43,363 nt of DNA from Pseudonocardiales bacterium (GCA_013695005.1 JACDBJ010000307.1:1-43363); one strand, 5' to 3'; shown: positions 1 to 9,818, counted from the first letter of the stretch. Notes: generated by a model not told the origin, from the letters alone. Numbers and translations: made by a program.

Positions 1-163
1 GTGCTCCACGTTGTTCGCTCTGGAGACAGCGGCACAGCGCACCTCCATGTGCACTGGTCGGTGCGTCAACCTAGCCTGCCGGCTCCACGGCCTGCCGGAC
101 ACCAGCGGCGAGATCAGGACGGCCAGCCCCTGCTCCACAGCCGGAGCTAGCGCAGCACGGCCG

Positions 164-744
164 CTAGAGCTGCCCGTTGAAGAAGATCGGTTCCTTGAAC
201 CCGTGCCGCACCGCGACCTGGAACGGTCCCTTCGCATTCGGCGGCACGACGAACGCCTGCGTCACCGTCAGCGATCTGCCGACGGGACGTCCTGGTTGGG
301 GAAGAGATCCCCGGTCGCCACCTGGGGAGCGGGGCTGCCGGCGAAGGTGGCGTTCGCTCGGAACAGTCCCATGTTGACCGACTCTTCGGTGGCGTTGGTG
401 ACCGTGAAGGTCACCGCCACCGCGGTCTGGTCGCGTCCGAGCTCGAACTCGTTGCGCGGCTGGTAGGGCCGCGGCACCGACGCGACGACGGCCAGCCCGT
501 TGGAGTAGTGGAACGTTTCGCCGAACAGTGCCTCGCCGCCCTTGTCGGGCGCGGCGCCGGGCGTTGTGCTCGCGCTGCCGAGCACCGCCGTACAGGCCAT
601 GAACAACAGCACCGGGGTGAGCACGGCGCCGAGGAACACCCACGGCCAGACGAGGCCGGCGTTGTCGTGCAGCGGCGCCGGCGCGTACCCCGCGCGGTAG
701 CCGGGTGGCGGTGACTCCCGGTATGGAAGGTGGGGAGCGCTCAT
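164..744 (-). pseudogene. Membrane-anchored protein with Pro-rich N-terminus, one TM helix and a DUF4352-like/Ig-like C-terminal domain; frameshifted near 284
   Basis: ATG at 744 preceded by GAAAGGA. ORF reads MSAPHLPYRES...TM...AVAVTFTVTNATEE...NQDVP and stops at 268. The plausible C-terminus (VGRSLTVTQAFVVP...EPIFFNGQL*) continues in another frame to 164. Confidence 0.6.
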
Positions 745-815
745 GAACCGTGTTGTCCTTTCGATGTGCTCTGTCGCGCTTGGTATCGCACGGTATAGGA
801 GCGCGCTACGCTGCG

Positions 816-835
816 CCACGATCGTGTGATCGTGG
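816..835. promoter_or_regulatory. Perfect 8-bp inverted repeat (CCACGATC-GTGT-GATCGTGG), candidate operator
   Basis: Palindrome in the intergenic region between divergent genes starting at 744(-) and 879(+). Confidence 0.4.
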
Positions 836-878
836 AATCAAGCAGCGGCGTTAGGCTGCTGCGAGCGGAGGTGCGGGC

Positions 879-1253
879 GTGATTACAGGTGCACACACGA
901 TCGTCTTTGCAGAAGACGCCGAGGCCGCGAGGGCCTTCTTCCGGGACGTCCTCGAACTTCCCAACGTGGACGCCGGCGACGGCTGGTTGATCTTCAAGTT
1001 GCCGCCCGGCGAGCTCGCCTGCCACCCCAGCCAGACCGGCGAATGGGCCGGTCCGGGCAGCGGCCAGCACACCCTCTACCTGATGTGCGACGACATCGAG
1101 GCAACTGTCGCCGACCTCGCCGCCAAGGGCGTAGAGGTCAGCGCCGTCACCGACGCGGGCTTCGGCCTGATGGCCTCGCTTCAGGTTCCCGGCGCCGGCC
1201 AACTGGACATCTACGAGCCACGGCACCCCACCGCGTTCGACCTGCCCGGCTGA
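879..1253 (+). CDS. VOC/glyoxalase family protein
   Basis: MITGAH...ARAFFRDVLEL...LYLMCDDIEATVADLAAKGVEV pattern of the glyoxalase/bleomycin-resistance fold; GGAGGT RBS before GTG. Confidence 0.85.
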   Translation: MITGAHTIVFAEDAEAARAFFRDVLELPNVDAGDGWLIFKLPPGELACHPSQTGEWAGPGSGQHTLYLMCDDIEATVADLAAKGVEVSAVTDAGFGLMASLQVPGAGQLDIYEPRHPTAFDLPG

Positions 1254-1312
1254 GCCGTCCGCGCCGGTCACGGCCCTGCCGCCGGGCGCACGTGCGGGTA
1301 CGGTCTCCAGGC

Positions 1313-2464
1313 ATGAGGCGCACCCTCTTCGACACCGAGCACAACGAGTTCCGCGAATCCGTCCGGCGGTTCGTGCAGCGGGAAGTGGTGCCGCACGCCG
1401 CCGAGTGGGAAGAGGCCGGACTGGTGCCCCGCGACCTGTTCGTCACCGCGGGCAAGGCGGGATTCCTGGGCATGGCGGTGCCCGAGCGCTTCGGTGGCGG
1501 CGGGGTGGACGACTTCCGCTTCAACATGGTGCTCGCCGAGGAGATCGAGTACGGCGGCGTCGGCGCGGCCGGGCTGGGCATGACCCTGCACAACGACATC
1601 TGCCTGCCGTACTTCCTGTCCTACTGCGACGAAGAACAGCAGCAGCGGTGGCTGCCCGGCATCGCCTCCGGCGAGCTGATCACCGCGATCGGGATGACCG
1701 AGCCCGGCATCGGATCAGACCTCGGCTCGCTGTCCACGACCGCCATCCGCGACGGCGACCACTACGTCGTCAACGGGGCCAAGACGTTCATCACCAACGG
1801 CATCAACGCCGACCTCGTCGTGACCGCCGTGAAGACCGACCCCAGCGAGCGTCACCGGGGCATCAGCCTGCTGATCATCGAGCGCGGGATGCCCGGGTTC
1901 GAGCGGGGACGCAACCTCTCCAAGCTCGGCCAACACGCCCAGGACACCGCGGAGCTGTCGTTCGCCGATGTCCGGGTGCCGGTGACCAACCTGCTCGGCG
2001 GTGAGGAAGGCGTCGGCTTCCGCCAGCTCGTCGCCAACCTGCCGCAGGAGCGGTTGTCGATCGCGGTGGCCTCGGTCGCGGCCGCACGCACCGCGCTGGA
2101 GCAGACGCTGGACTACGTCAAGGGGCGCAAGGCGTTCGGCCAGCCCGTCGGGTCGTTCCAGAACTCCCGGTTCGTGCTGGCCGAGATCGCGACCGAGGTC
2201 GACATCGCGCAGACGTTCGTCGACGCCTGCGTGCAGGCCCGCAACGCCGGCGAGCTCAGCGCGGAGGACGCCGCGAAGGCCAAGTGGTGGTGCTCAGAGC
2301 TGCAGGGACGGGTGGTCGACCGCTGCCTTCAGCTGCACGGCGGCTACGGCTACATGACCGAGTACCCGATCGCCAGGGCATTCGTCGACGCGCGCGTCAC
2401 CCGCATCTACGGCGGCACCACGGAGATCATGAAGGAGATCATCGGCCGCGACCTGGGACTGTGA
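1313..2464 (+). CDS. Acyl-CoA dehydrogenase (long-chain/FadE-like)
   Basis: Motifs MTEPGIGSDL, NGAKTFITNG, RKAFGQPVGSFQN, QLHGGYGYMTEYPIAR, IYGGTTEIMKEII. ATG 1313 lies 8 nt after TACGGT, so probably leaderless. Confidence 0.95.
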   Translation: MRRTLFDTEHNEFRESVRRFVQREVVPHAAEWEEAGLVPRDLFVTAGKAGFLGMAVPERFGGGGVDDFRFNMVLAEEIEYGGVGAAGLGMTLHNDICLPYFLSYCDEEQQQRWLPGIASGELITAIGMTEPGIGSDLGSLSTTAIRDGDHYVVNGAKTFITNGINADLVVTAVKTDPSERHRGISLLIIERGMPGFERGRNLSKLGQHAQDTAELSFADVRVPVTNLLGGEEGVGFRQLVANLPQERLSIAVASVAAARTALEQTLDYVKGRKAFGQPVGSFQNSRFVLAEIATEVDIAQTFVDACVQARNAGELSAEDAAKAKWWCSELQGRVVDRCLQLHGGYGYMTEYPIARAFVDARVTRIYGGTTEIMKEIIGRDLGL

Positions 2465-2474
2465 CCCCGCGCGG

Positions 2475-3209
2475 CTACCGGGTGAGCAGCTCGAAGGCCA
2501 CGGCCGGTCGGCCGCCGAAGCGCTCGGCGCTCCAGCCGGTGGCCATCGTGACGAACTCCCTGGCGTAGTCCTGCGGTGGCTTGTCGCTCAACGCCGCGAG
2601 GTAGCTGTGGTGGGCGGCCAGCGACGCGATGGCGTCCTCGAGCGTGTCGGTGACGTCGACGGCGTGGCTGGTCTGCGGGGAGCCGGCGATCGCGACGTAG
2701 CGCACGCCGGGCCACGGCTCGTGGCCCTCGGCGGTGAGCTCCGGGAAGATCCATCGGTTGCCGGCATCGGCGACGGCGTCCATCGTGGCGCGGCCGACGG
2801 CACGGTGGTCCGGGGTGTTCCAGCCGCCGAAGCCCCAGTAGTCGTGGTGGTTGAGCGTGATCACCAGCTCCGGGCGGTGCCGCCGGATCGCCCTGGCGAG
2901 GTCGCGGCGCAGCTCGAGGCTCTCGACGACCACGCCGTCCTGGTGGTCCAGGAACTCCACCGGCCCGGCGCCGACCAGCGCGGCGCTGGCGCGTTGCTCG
3001 GCCTCGCGCAGCGGCGCGGACTCCTGCGGCGACACGCCGTCGATGCCGGCCTCGCCGCGCGTGACGAGCAGGTAGGCGATCTCACGGCCCTGCTGGGTCC
3101 AGCGTGCTATCGCGGCTGCGGCTCCGTACTCCAGGTCGTCGGGGTGGGCCACGATCGCCAGTGCCCGCTGCCAGTCCTCCGGCATCTGAAGAAGCTGGTC
3201 GTCCATCAC
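2475..3209 (-). CDS. PIG-L family (LmbE/MshB-like) deacetylase
   Basis: AHPDDLE metal motif, [22 protein letters not shown]. Confidence 0.9.
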   Translation of the reverse strand: MMDDQLLQMPEDWQRALAIVAHPDDLEYGAAAAIARWTQQGREIAYLLVTRGEAGIDGVSPQESAPLREAEQRASAALVGAGPVEFLDHQDGVVVESLELRRDLARAIRRHRPELVITLNHHDYWGFGGWNTPDHRAVGRATMDAVADAGNRWIFPELTAEGHEPWPGVRYVAIAGSPQTSHAVDVTDTLEDAIASLAAHHSYLAALSDKPPQDYAREFVTMATGWSAERFGGRPAVAFELLTR

Positions 3210-3321
3210 TGCTCCCTGGTCTAGGTGGCACGGCGTCTAAGTGGCCCGGCGTGTGGGTGGCGCGCGTGACCGGCCTCCGACGGTACGGTGCCTGCGTGAT
3301 CGAGCTGAAGCCGAGGAGCCG

Positions 3322-3714
3322 ATGAGCGCGCTGGCCATCGCGATCCGCATCGTCGTGATCGGGGTGGCGGTCTGGGTCGCGACGCTGATCGTGGGCGGCA
3401 TCAACGTCGGCGGCTCGACCACTGCCGCGAACATCGGGACGCTCGTCGTCGTCGCACTGATCTTCGGCGTGATCAACGCGGTGCTCAAGCCGCTGATCAA
3501 GGTGATCGGCTGCGCGTTCTACATCCTCACACTCGGCCTCGTGGGGCTGGTCGTCAACGCGCTGCTGTTCATGCTGGTCGGAGCGATCAGCAGCGGACTC
3601 GGGCTGCCGTTCGAGGTGGACGGTTTCTGGTCGGCGTTCTGGGGCGCGATCGTGGTCAGCGTCGTCAGCTTCGTGCTGCACCTGGCGATCCCGGACCGGC
3701 TCGACGAACGCTGA
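3322..3714 (+). CDS. Phage-holin-like (YvlD/DUF360-type) 4-TM membrane protein
   Basis: ALIFGVINAVLKPLIK...ILTLGLVGLVVNALLF...FEVDGFWSAFWGAIVVSVVS; GAGGAG RBS before ATG 3322. Confidence 0.85.
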   Translation: MSALAIAIRIVVIGVAVWVATLIVGGINVGGSTTAANIGTLVVVALIFGVINAVLKPLIKVIGCAFYILTLGLVGLVVNALLFMLVGAISSGLGLPFEVDGFWSAFWGAIVVSVVSFVLHLAIPDRLDER

Positions 3715-3865
3715 GCCCGAGACTTCGCTCACTCGCCCGGCCAGGACGTGTGTAATCGAGGCCGTTTTGGGTCACCATAGGCACACGAGGTAGCGCCTCA
3801 GCGCGGAGCGCGTGCCATTGCGCTCGTTTGACGCGGAGGTGAGTCCGATGGACGGACCGAGTCGA

Positions 3866-4066
3866 ATGGATCATCACGAGAAGATGCGGCTACGCGCCGC
3901 GGCGCATCGAGCCAGCCGGCTCTACCCCGGCCCGGTCGGGGAGCTGCTCTGCCTGGAGCTGCTGTCCTGGGAGGAGTTCGGCTACCGCCTCGGCGGCGAG
4001 CAGATGATCATGCGGATCGTCGACCACGTGCTGACCGCGCCGGTGCCACGGGCCGACGCCGCATAG
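3866..4066 (+). CDS. Small hypothetical protein (MDHHEKMRLRAAAHRASRLYPGPVGEL...)
   Basis: GC3-rich codon usage and protein-like composition; start could also be 3848. Confidence 0.65.
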   Translation: MDHHEKMRLRAAAHRASRLYPGPVGELLCLELLSWEEFGYRLGGEQMIMRIVDHVLTAPVPRADAA

Positions 4067-4080
4067 CGGCCGCGCCGTTC

Positions 4081-4335
4081 TCAGTCGTTGTAGCTGGCGG
4101 CCGGAACCGAGCCGGTCGTGCCACCATCGGGTGCGTTGATCGTGAGCAGCAGTGCCGCACCGGTGAGCAGCAACATGGCGAGCATCGTCGCCGTCCTGCC
4201 GAGCTTCGCGGCGAGCGCGAGCACCTTGCGGAGCCATGGCCCAGGGGTCCGCAGCCGGCGGTGTCTCCCCGGCTCGGTGCTGGTGGGAAGGGTGAACGGG
4301 GCGCGAGCGCCGGGCTGGATGGCGTGGGACGGCAT
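4081..4335 (-). CDS. Hypothetical small membrane protein
   Basis: ATG 4335 with upstream GGTGAT; basic stretch followed by one hydrophobic segment (MLAMLLLTGAALLLTI). Confidence 0.5.
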   Translation of the reverse strand: MPSHAIQPGARAPFTLPTSTEPGRHRRLRTPGPWLRKVLALAAKLGRTATMLAMLLLTGAALLLTINAPDGGTTGSVPAASYND

Positions 4336-4480
4336 GGCAATCACCGATTCCGCTGCGTACGGATGGGGCGTCCGAGCCCGGTACTGCACCTGCCTGGATC
4401 GGATACTCGGGATGATCGGCTAGATGGACCAACCCGTTAGCCGCCACCCTATCAGGGCTACTCAGATCGTCTCACGCCAC

Positions 4481-4738
4481 TTAGCGCAACATTCCGCGTT
4501 CGCATGCGGCGCTGACTTCCTCCGTCCGGCCGGTCGCCCCCAGCTTCGCCAACACCCGCGAGAGGTGCACGCTCACGGTCTTCTCGCTGATGAACAGCTC
4601 CGTGCCGATCTGACGGTTCGTCCGGCCGGTCGCGACGAGGCCCAGTACCGAACGCTCCCGCGGGGTGAGCAGGTCAGCGGCGCCGTCGCGGGGCTTGGCC
4701 GGCTTGCCGCGGGGCTTGAGCGCGATCCGTGTCCACAT
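4481..4738 (-). pseudogene. Isolated LuxR-type HTH domain (remnant or solo regulator)
   Basis: LTPRERSVLGLVATGRTNRQIGTELFISEKTVSVHLSRVLAKLG is a canonical LuxR HTH; no sensor/ATPase domain upstream. Confidence 0.65.
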
Positions 4739-4803
4739 GCCGATAACGGTCGTCCTGAGGCCCCCACCAGGGCATCAGACGATCACGTCAGGTGTGGCGC
4801 TCA

Positions 4804-4845
4804 GCCCTTACCCGGGAGCCCTTACTCGACGTGCGGCCCTTACTC
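4804..4845. repeat. Three copies of GCCCTTAC (4804, 4818, 4836)
   Basis: Direct repeats; the last two extend to GCCCTTACTC and the third contains the stop codon of the excalibur gene. Confidence 0.6.
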
Positions 4846-5268
4846 ACAGGCGATGCCGTCGTTGTCCCGATCAAGGTGGCTCGCATATGCCGGCTGACCG
4901 CGATAGATCGGCGTTACACCGGCGGCACGTGCCTCGGTGCAGTTCTTGTAGCTCGCGGCCGGTTTGGGCGGGGCCGGCTTCGGGGGTGCAGGCTTCGGCG
5001 GTGCAGGCACCCCCGCTGGCCCGACCGGAGCTGGCGTCGCAGAGGTCGTCGTAGCCGTCGAGCTGGAGCTCGGGATTGCGAGCTGTGTCGTCGAGGTGGT
5101 CGGTGTCGGGGTGGACGCCGACTGCGACGCGTTGGAGGTGCACGCCCCGAGCACGATGACTGTCGCCGCAACCGCCAGACCAATCACAGCCCAGTGCTGG
5201 TGCTGATGCCGCTCGACCGTCGGGTGGTCGTTGAGCCTTTGATCCTGGAGCGCTGCGGCATCCTGCAC
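4840..5268 (-). CDS. Excalibur calcium-binding-domain protein, probable lipoprotein
   Basis: C-terminal YKNCTEARAAGVTPIYRGQPAYASHLDRDNDGIACE; hydrophobic stretch ending in LGAC; Ser/Thr/Pro-rich linker with PAPPK x3. Start uncertain. Confidence 0.85.
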   Translation of the reverse strand: MQDAAALQDQRLNDHPTVERHQHQHWAVIGLAVAATVIVLGACTSNASQSASTPTPTTSTTQLAIPSSSSTATTTSATPAPVGPAGVPAPPKPAPPKPAPPKPAASYKNCTEARAAGVTPIYRGQPAYASHLDRDNDGIACE

Positions 5269-5445
5269 GCGATCACCTGATTGGGTGCACGAAGTAGATA
5301 ACGCTCCGTTATCGCATCACTGCGTTCTGTCGTTACCGACAGGTGATCGACAAGGTGGTCACCAGCGCCAACCCGTGGGCGTCGGCCCAGCCGGGTTGTG
5401 TAGCATCGACGGGGCTCGTGGGCCGATCGCCGCGAGCCTTACGCC

Positions 5446-5518
5446 GCCCCTTTAGCTCAGACGGCAGAGCGTCTCCATGGTAAGGAGAAGGTCTACGGTT
5501 CGATTCCGTAAAGGGGCT
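5446..5518 (+). tRNA. tRNA-Thr(GGT)
   Basis: Acceptor GCCCCTT/AAGGGGC; anticodon arm TCTCC-ATGGTAA-GGAGA; T-loop GGTTCGATTCC; CCA not encoded. Confidence 0.95.
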
Positions 5519-5533
5519 CGATCCCACCTGCAC

Positions 5534-5610
5534 GGCGGTGTAGCTCAGCCAGGTAGAGCAAGCGGCTCATAATCGCTGTGTCGCCGGTTCAAGTCCGGCC
5601 ACCGCTACCA
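5534..5610 (+). tRNA. tRNA-Met(CAT), elongator type
   Basis: Acceptor GGCGGTG/CACCGCT; anticodon loop CTCATAA; T-loop GGTTCAAGTCC; encoded CCA; lacks the three G:C pairs of initiator tRNA. Confidence 0.93.
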
Positions 5611-5653
5611 CCAAGACGAATATCCAGACGCTTCGACAAGCAGGAGGCAGCCC

Positions 5654-5818
5654 GTGGCCGCCACAGACGTTCGCCCCAAGATCACCTTGGCGTGCGAGGA
5701 ATGCAAGCATCGCAACTACATCACCCGCAAGAACCGGCGTAACGACCCTGACCGGCTCTCGGTGAAGAAGTACTGCCCGAACTGCAACTGCCACCGCATG
5801 CACCGCGAGACGCGTTGA
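5654..5818 (+). CDS. rpmG: 50S ribosomal protein L33 (Zn-ribbon, C+ type)
   Basis: Translated by hand (below the ORF-track cutoff): [54 protein letters not shown]; AGGAGG RBS. Confidence 0.97.
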   Translation: MAATDVRPKITLACEECKHRNYITRKNRRNDPDRLSVKKYCPNCNCHRMHRETR

Positions 5819-5819
5819 G

Positions 5820-6263
5820 TTGAGCCCCGACCTGTCCTACGTCGGGAAGGCGCTGCCGCCGTCGGCGCCGTACGTCGTCGGTCGGGAGAAGCTGCGCGAG
5901 TTCGCCAGCGCGATCGGCGAGACCGACCCGTGCTGCCACGACGTCGCGGCCGCTCGTGCCGCCGGGCATCCCGACCTGATCGCGCCGCCGACGTTCCCCG
6001 GCTCGTTCACGATGGCTGTGATGATGGAGCTGCTGGGCGACCCCGACTTCGGGTGGGACTTCGACCGGATGGTGCACGGCGACCAGGGCATCAGGTTCCA
6101 ACGACCGGTCTACGCCGGCGACGAGCTGGTGACCACGCTGCACGTCGACGACCTGCGCACCAGGGCCGGCAGCCACTTCCTCTCTCTGCGCTGCGAGGTC
6201 GCCACCGTCGACGGTGAAGCGGTGTTGACCACCAACGCCACGCTCGTCACCCAGGCGGCGTAG
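5820..6263 (+). CDS. MaoC-like (HadA/UPF0336-type) dehydratase subunit
   Basis: YVVGREKLREFASAIG...APPTF...VHGDQ..RFQRPVYAGDEL; syntenic after rpmG. Confidence 0.85.
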   Translation: MSPDLSYVGKALPPSAPYVVGREKLREFASAIGETDPCCHDVAAARAAGHPDLIAPPTFPGSFTMAVMMELLGDPDFGWDFDRMVHGDQGIRFQRPVYAGDELVTTLHVDDLRTRAGSHFLSLRCEVATVDGEAVLTTNATLVTQAA

Positions 6264-6265
6264 CA

Positions 6266-6697
6266 ATGACGCCCGCGGTCGGCGACGAGCTGGCGCCGTT
6301 GACGATGCAGTTCACCCGCGCCGACCTCGTCCGCTACGCCGGGGCGTCCACCGACTTCAACCCGATCCACTGGAGCGAGCGCTTCGCTCGCGGCGTCGGG
6401 CTGCCCGACGTGATCGCGCACGGGATGCTCACGATGGCGGTGGCCGGCCGGCTTGTCACGGCATGGACGGGCGACCAGGGCGCGATCCGTTCCTACAGCG
6501 CCCGCTTCACCCGCCCCGTCGTGGTGCCGGACGACGACACAGGGGCGACGCTCGAGGTCACCGGCAAGATCGGCGCGCTGTCGGAGCCGGACGAGAGTGG
6601 TGAGCGCATCGCGCGGGTCGACATCACCGCCAGCAGCGAGGGCCGCACCGTGCTCGGTAAGGCCGTCGCCGAGGTCCGACTCCCCGCCGACAGTTAG
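6266..6697 (+). CDS. MaoC-family (HadB-type) dehydratase
   Basis: Hydratase motif YAGASTDFNPIHW...VIAHGMLTM; ARFTRPVVVPDD. Confidence 0.9.
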   Translation: MTPAVGDELAPLTMQFTRADLVRYAGASTDFNPIHWSERFARGVGLPDVIAHGMLTMAVAGRLVTAWTGDQGAIRSYSARFTRPVVVPDDDTGATLEVTGKIGALSEPDESGERIARVDITASSEGRTVLGKAVAEVRLPADS

Positions 6698-6712
6698 CCC
6701 GAGCTGTGCGAC

Positions 6713-7951
6713 CTACCGGACCTCGCTGAGCAGCGCGGCCATCCGCTCGACCCCGGCACGCAGGTCGTCGTCGCCAAGCGCGTAGGACAGCCGAAAGTAG
6801 CCGGGAGTCCCGAACGCCTCGCCAGGGACGACCGCCACCTCGGCGTGCTCCAGTACCAGCTCGGCCAGCTCGACGCTCGTCTCCGGCCGGCTGCCGCGCA
6901 GCTCCCGCCCCAGCAGCTCCCGCACGGACGGGTAGACGTAGAACGCGCCCTGCGGCACCGGACACTCGACCCCCGGGATCGCGCGGAGCAGCTCGACGAT
7001 CGTGCGCCGCCGCCGGTCGAAGGCCTCCCGCATCTGCGCCACTGCGTCCAGCGGCCCCGAAACAGCCGCCAGCGCCGCCTGCTGCGCGATGTTGCAGACG
7101 TTGGAGCACAGGTGCGACTGCAGGTTGGTCGCCGCCTTGATCACGTCGGGCGGCCCGAGCATCCAGCCGACCCGCCAGCCGGTCATCGCATACGTCTTCG
7201 CCACCCCGTTGACGATCACGCAGCGGTCGGCGAGCTCCGGCACCGCAACCGGCATCGACACCTGCCGCACCCCGTCATAGACGAGGTGCTCGTAGATCTC
7301 GTCGGCGATCACCCACACGTCGTGCTCGGCGGCCCAGCGCCCGATCTGCTCGACCAGCTCAGCAGGCGCGACGGCTCCGGTCGGGTTCGACGGCGAGCAC
7401 CAGATCATCGCCTTGGTCCGCGGGGTGCGGGCGGCCTCCAGATCCGCCACCGACGGCAGGAAGCCGGTCTCTGGCCCGGCCGTCACGATGACCGGCACGC
7501 CGCCGGCGAGCGTGATGGCCTCGGGGTAGGTCGTCCAGTACGGCGCGGGCAGTAGCACCTCGTCGCCAAGGTCGACCAGCGTCGCGCACGCCTGGTACAC
7601 GGCCTGCTTGCCGCCGTTGGTCACCAGCACCTGGGCCGGTTCGACGGCTAGGCCGGAGTCGCGGGCGGTCTTGGCTGCGATCGCGGCGCGCAGCTCGGGC
7701 AGCCCGGCAGCCGGCGTGTAGCGGTGGTTGCGGGGGTCGCGGCAGGCGGCCTCGGCGGCCGCGACGATCGGCTCGGGGGTGGGGAAGTCGGGCTCGCCCG
7801 CGCCGAACCCGATCACCGGCCGGCCCGACGCCTTGAGCGCCTTGGCCTTGGCGTCCACGGCGAGGGTGGCGGACTCGGCGATGCCGCCGACTCGGGCCGA
7901 GATCCGATGGCGGGCGCGGACGGGGGCCGCGGGGTGGGTGGGGGAGGCCAT
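6713..7951 (-). CDS. PLP-dependent class I/II (aspartate-type) aminotransferase
   Basis: [40 protein letters not shown] (PLP Lys). ATG 7951 is 6 nt after a GAGGAT -10-like hexamer. Confidence 0.93.
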   Translation of the reverse strand: MASPTHPAAPVRARHRISARVGGIAESATLAVDAKAKALKASGRPVIGFGAGEPDFPTPEPIVAAAEAACRDPRNHRYTPAAGLPELRAAIAAKTARDSGLAVEPAQVLVTNGGKQAVYQACATLVDLGDEVLLPAPYWTTYPEAITLAGGVPVIVTAGPETGFLPSVADLEAARTPRTKAMIWCSPSNPTGAVAPAELVEQIGRWAAEHDVWVIADEIYEHLVYDGVRQVSMPVAVPELADRCVIVNGVAKTYAMTGWRVGWMLGPPDVIKAATNLQSHLCSNVCNIAQQAALAAVSGPLDAVAQMREAFDRRRRTIVELLRAIPGVECPVPQGAFYVYPSVRELLGRELRGSRPETSVELAELVLEHAEVAVVPGEAFGTPGYFRLSYALGDDDLRAGVERMAALLSEVR

Positions 7952-8098
7952 GGCGCAATCCTCGCGCACCGCGTACGCGCCGGCACCGCGGTTTCGCGGC
8001 GCGCCAAGGCGCTTGGCCTTGGACTTGGCCTTACACGTACACTCGATCCGCTGGATGCGCCGCGTGCGTGCCACCCACGTGATCAGGGCGGCCGGCCT

Positions 8099-8174
<76 letters not shown>

Positions 8175-8203
8175 CACCGAGGACGAAGTTGGAGGATAGG
8201 GGC

Positions 8204-8461
8204 GTGACCGACCAGCGTGACGTCGGCAAAGGCCGGGCGACGCCCGGCCGCGACGGCAGGGCCACTCGCGGCTCGATGCTGCAACGGTTGAACCGGTTCC
8301 TTCGGGAGGTCGTGGCCGAGCTTCGCAAGGTCATCTGGCCGACGCGCAAGGAGCTCGTCACCTACACGATCGTCGTGCTGATCTTCGTGATCTTCATGGT
8401 GGCGCTCGTGTTCGCGCTCGACGCCGTGTTCGCCAGGGGCGTCTTCTCCCTGTTCGGCTGA
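8204..8461 (+). CDS. secE: Preprotein translocase subunit SecE
   Basis: [29 protein letters not shown]; GGAGG upstream of GTG 8204. Confidence 0.95.
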   Translation: MTDQRDVGKGRATPGRDGRATRGSMLQRLNRFLREVVAELRKVIWPTRKELVTYTIVVLIFVIFMVALVFALDAVFARGVFSLFG

Positions 8462-8501
8462 TCCAGCCCTCCAGCGAAGTCTGAAAGGAAGAGAGAAGCT
8501 A

Positions 8502-9344
8502 GTGACCTCCCATGACGGTGAGACCGACCTGATCGAGGAGGCCGGTCCCGCCGCGGAACCCACAGCCGACGCAACGGACGTCGCCGACGCGCCGACCGAT
8601 GACGACGCCGATGTCGTGGACGGCGCTGACGTCGTCGCGGACGCCGACGACGACGCAGCAGAGCCTGCCGAGGGCACGGCTGCCGCAGACATGGACACCG
8701 ACGCCGACGCCGCTCCGGCTGAGGAGCAGGCGCCCGACCCGGCTGAGGAGCTGCGCGAGCAACTTCGCCGGGCTCCCGGCGAGTGGTACGTCGTGCACTC
8801 CTATGCCGGCTACGAGAACAAGGTGAAGGCGAACCTCGAGACGCGGGTACAGACCCTGGACGTCGAGGACTTCATCTTCCAGGTCGAGGTGCCCACCGAA
8901 GAGGTCACCGAGATCAAGAACGGCCAGCGCAAGCAGGTGCAGCGCAAGGTGCTGCCCGGCTACATCCTGGTCCGGATGGACCTCAACGACGCCTCATGGA
9001 GCGCGGTGCGCAACACCCCTGGCGTCACCGGTTTCGTCGGCGCCACCTCACGGCCGTCTCCGCTGACGCTGGACGACGTCGTCAAGTTCCTGCTGCCCAA
9101 GCCCGAGCAGCCGCGCCAGAGCGCTGCCGCAGGCAAGGCCGGCGCGACGGGAATGGGTAAGGCACCAGTTGAGGTTGACTTCGAGGTCGGCGAGTCGGTG
9201 ACGGTCATGGACGGGCCGTTCGCCACACTGCCGGCCACAATCAGCGAAGTGAACATCGACGGCCAGAAGCTCAAGGTGCTGGTCTCGATCTTCGGTCGCG
9301 AGACCCCGGTGGAGCTCGGCTTCAGCCAGGTCTCCAAGCTCTGA
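8502..9344 (+). CDS. nusG: Transcription termination/antitermination factor NusG with acidic N-terminal extension
   Basis: [26 protein letters not shown] domain [20 protein letters not shown]. Confidence 0.97.
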   Translation: MTSHDGETDLIEEAGPAAEPTADATDVADAPTDDDADVVDGADVVADADDDAAEPAEGTAAADMDTDADAAPAEEQAPDPAEELREQLRRAPGEWYVVHSYAGYENKVKANLETRVQTLDVEDFIFQVEVPTEEVTEIKNGQRKQVQRKVLPGYILVRMDLNDASWSAVRNTPGVTGFVGATSRPSPLTLDDVVKFLLPKPEQPRQSAAAGKAGATGMGKAPVEVDFEVGESVTVMDGPFATLPATISEVNIDGQKLKVLVSIFGRETPVELGFSQVSKL

Positions 9345-9370
9345 GTCCCAACAAGTAGAGAAGAACGAGA

Positions 9371-9805
9371 ATGCCTCCCAGGAAGAGAAAGCTGGCCGCG
9401 GTCATCAAGTTGCAGATCGCGGCCGGGGCGGCCAACCCTGCCCCGCCCGTCGGTCCCGCACTGGGCCAGCACGGCGTGAACATCATGGAGTTCTGCAAGG
9501 CCTACAACGCCGCGACCGAGTCGCAGCGGGGCAACGTCGTGCCGGTCGAGATCTCGGTCTACGAGGACCGCAGCTTCGACTTCGTGCTCAAGACGCCGCC
9601 GGCGGCCAAGCTGCTGCTCAAGGTGGCAGGGGTGGACAAGGGCAGCGGCGAGCCACACCGGATCAAGGTCGCCAGCGTGACGATGGACCAGGTGCGCGAC
9701 ATCGCCACCACCAAGATGTCCGACCTCAACGCCAACGACATCGACCAGGCTGCCAAGATCATCGCCGGCACCGCCCGGTCGATGGGCATCACGGTCAAGG
9801 ACTGA
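9371..9805 (+). CDS. rplK: 50S ribosomal protein L11
   Basis: [27 protein letters not shown]; [10 protein letters not shown]. Confidence 0.98.
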   Translation: MPPRKRKLAAVIKLQIAAGAANPAPPVGPALGQHGVNIMEFCKAYNAATESQRGNVVPVEISVYEDRSFDFVLKTPPAAKLLLKVAGVDKGSGEPHRIKVASVTMDQVRDIATTKMSDLNANDIDQAAKIIAGTARSMGITVKD

Positions 9806-9818
9806 CCGAGACAACCCA

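Noticed and set aside
5446-5610. tRNA-targeted genomic island or prophage
   Set aside because: No integrase and no duplicated tRNA 3' end seen in the window; the holin-like gene at 3322 belongs to a common chromosomal membrane family and has no phage neighbours.
5534-5610. Initiator tRNA-fMet
   Set aside because: G1.U72 pairing and no GGG/CCC anticodon stem; the Thr-Met-rpmG position fits the elongator tRNA.
8003-8033. CTTGG(C/A) x3 microrepeat and GCCAAG/CTTGGC inverted repeat before tRNA-Trp
   Set aside because: Short and low-complexity; plausibly part of the divergent promoter, but no function can be supported.
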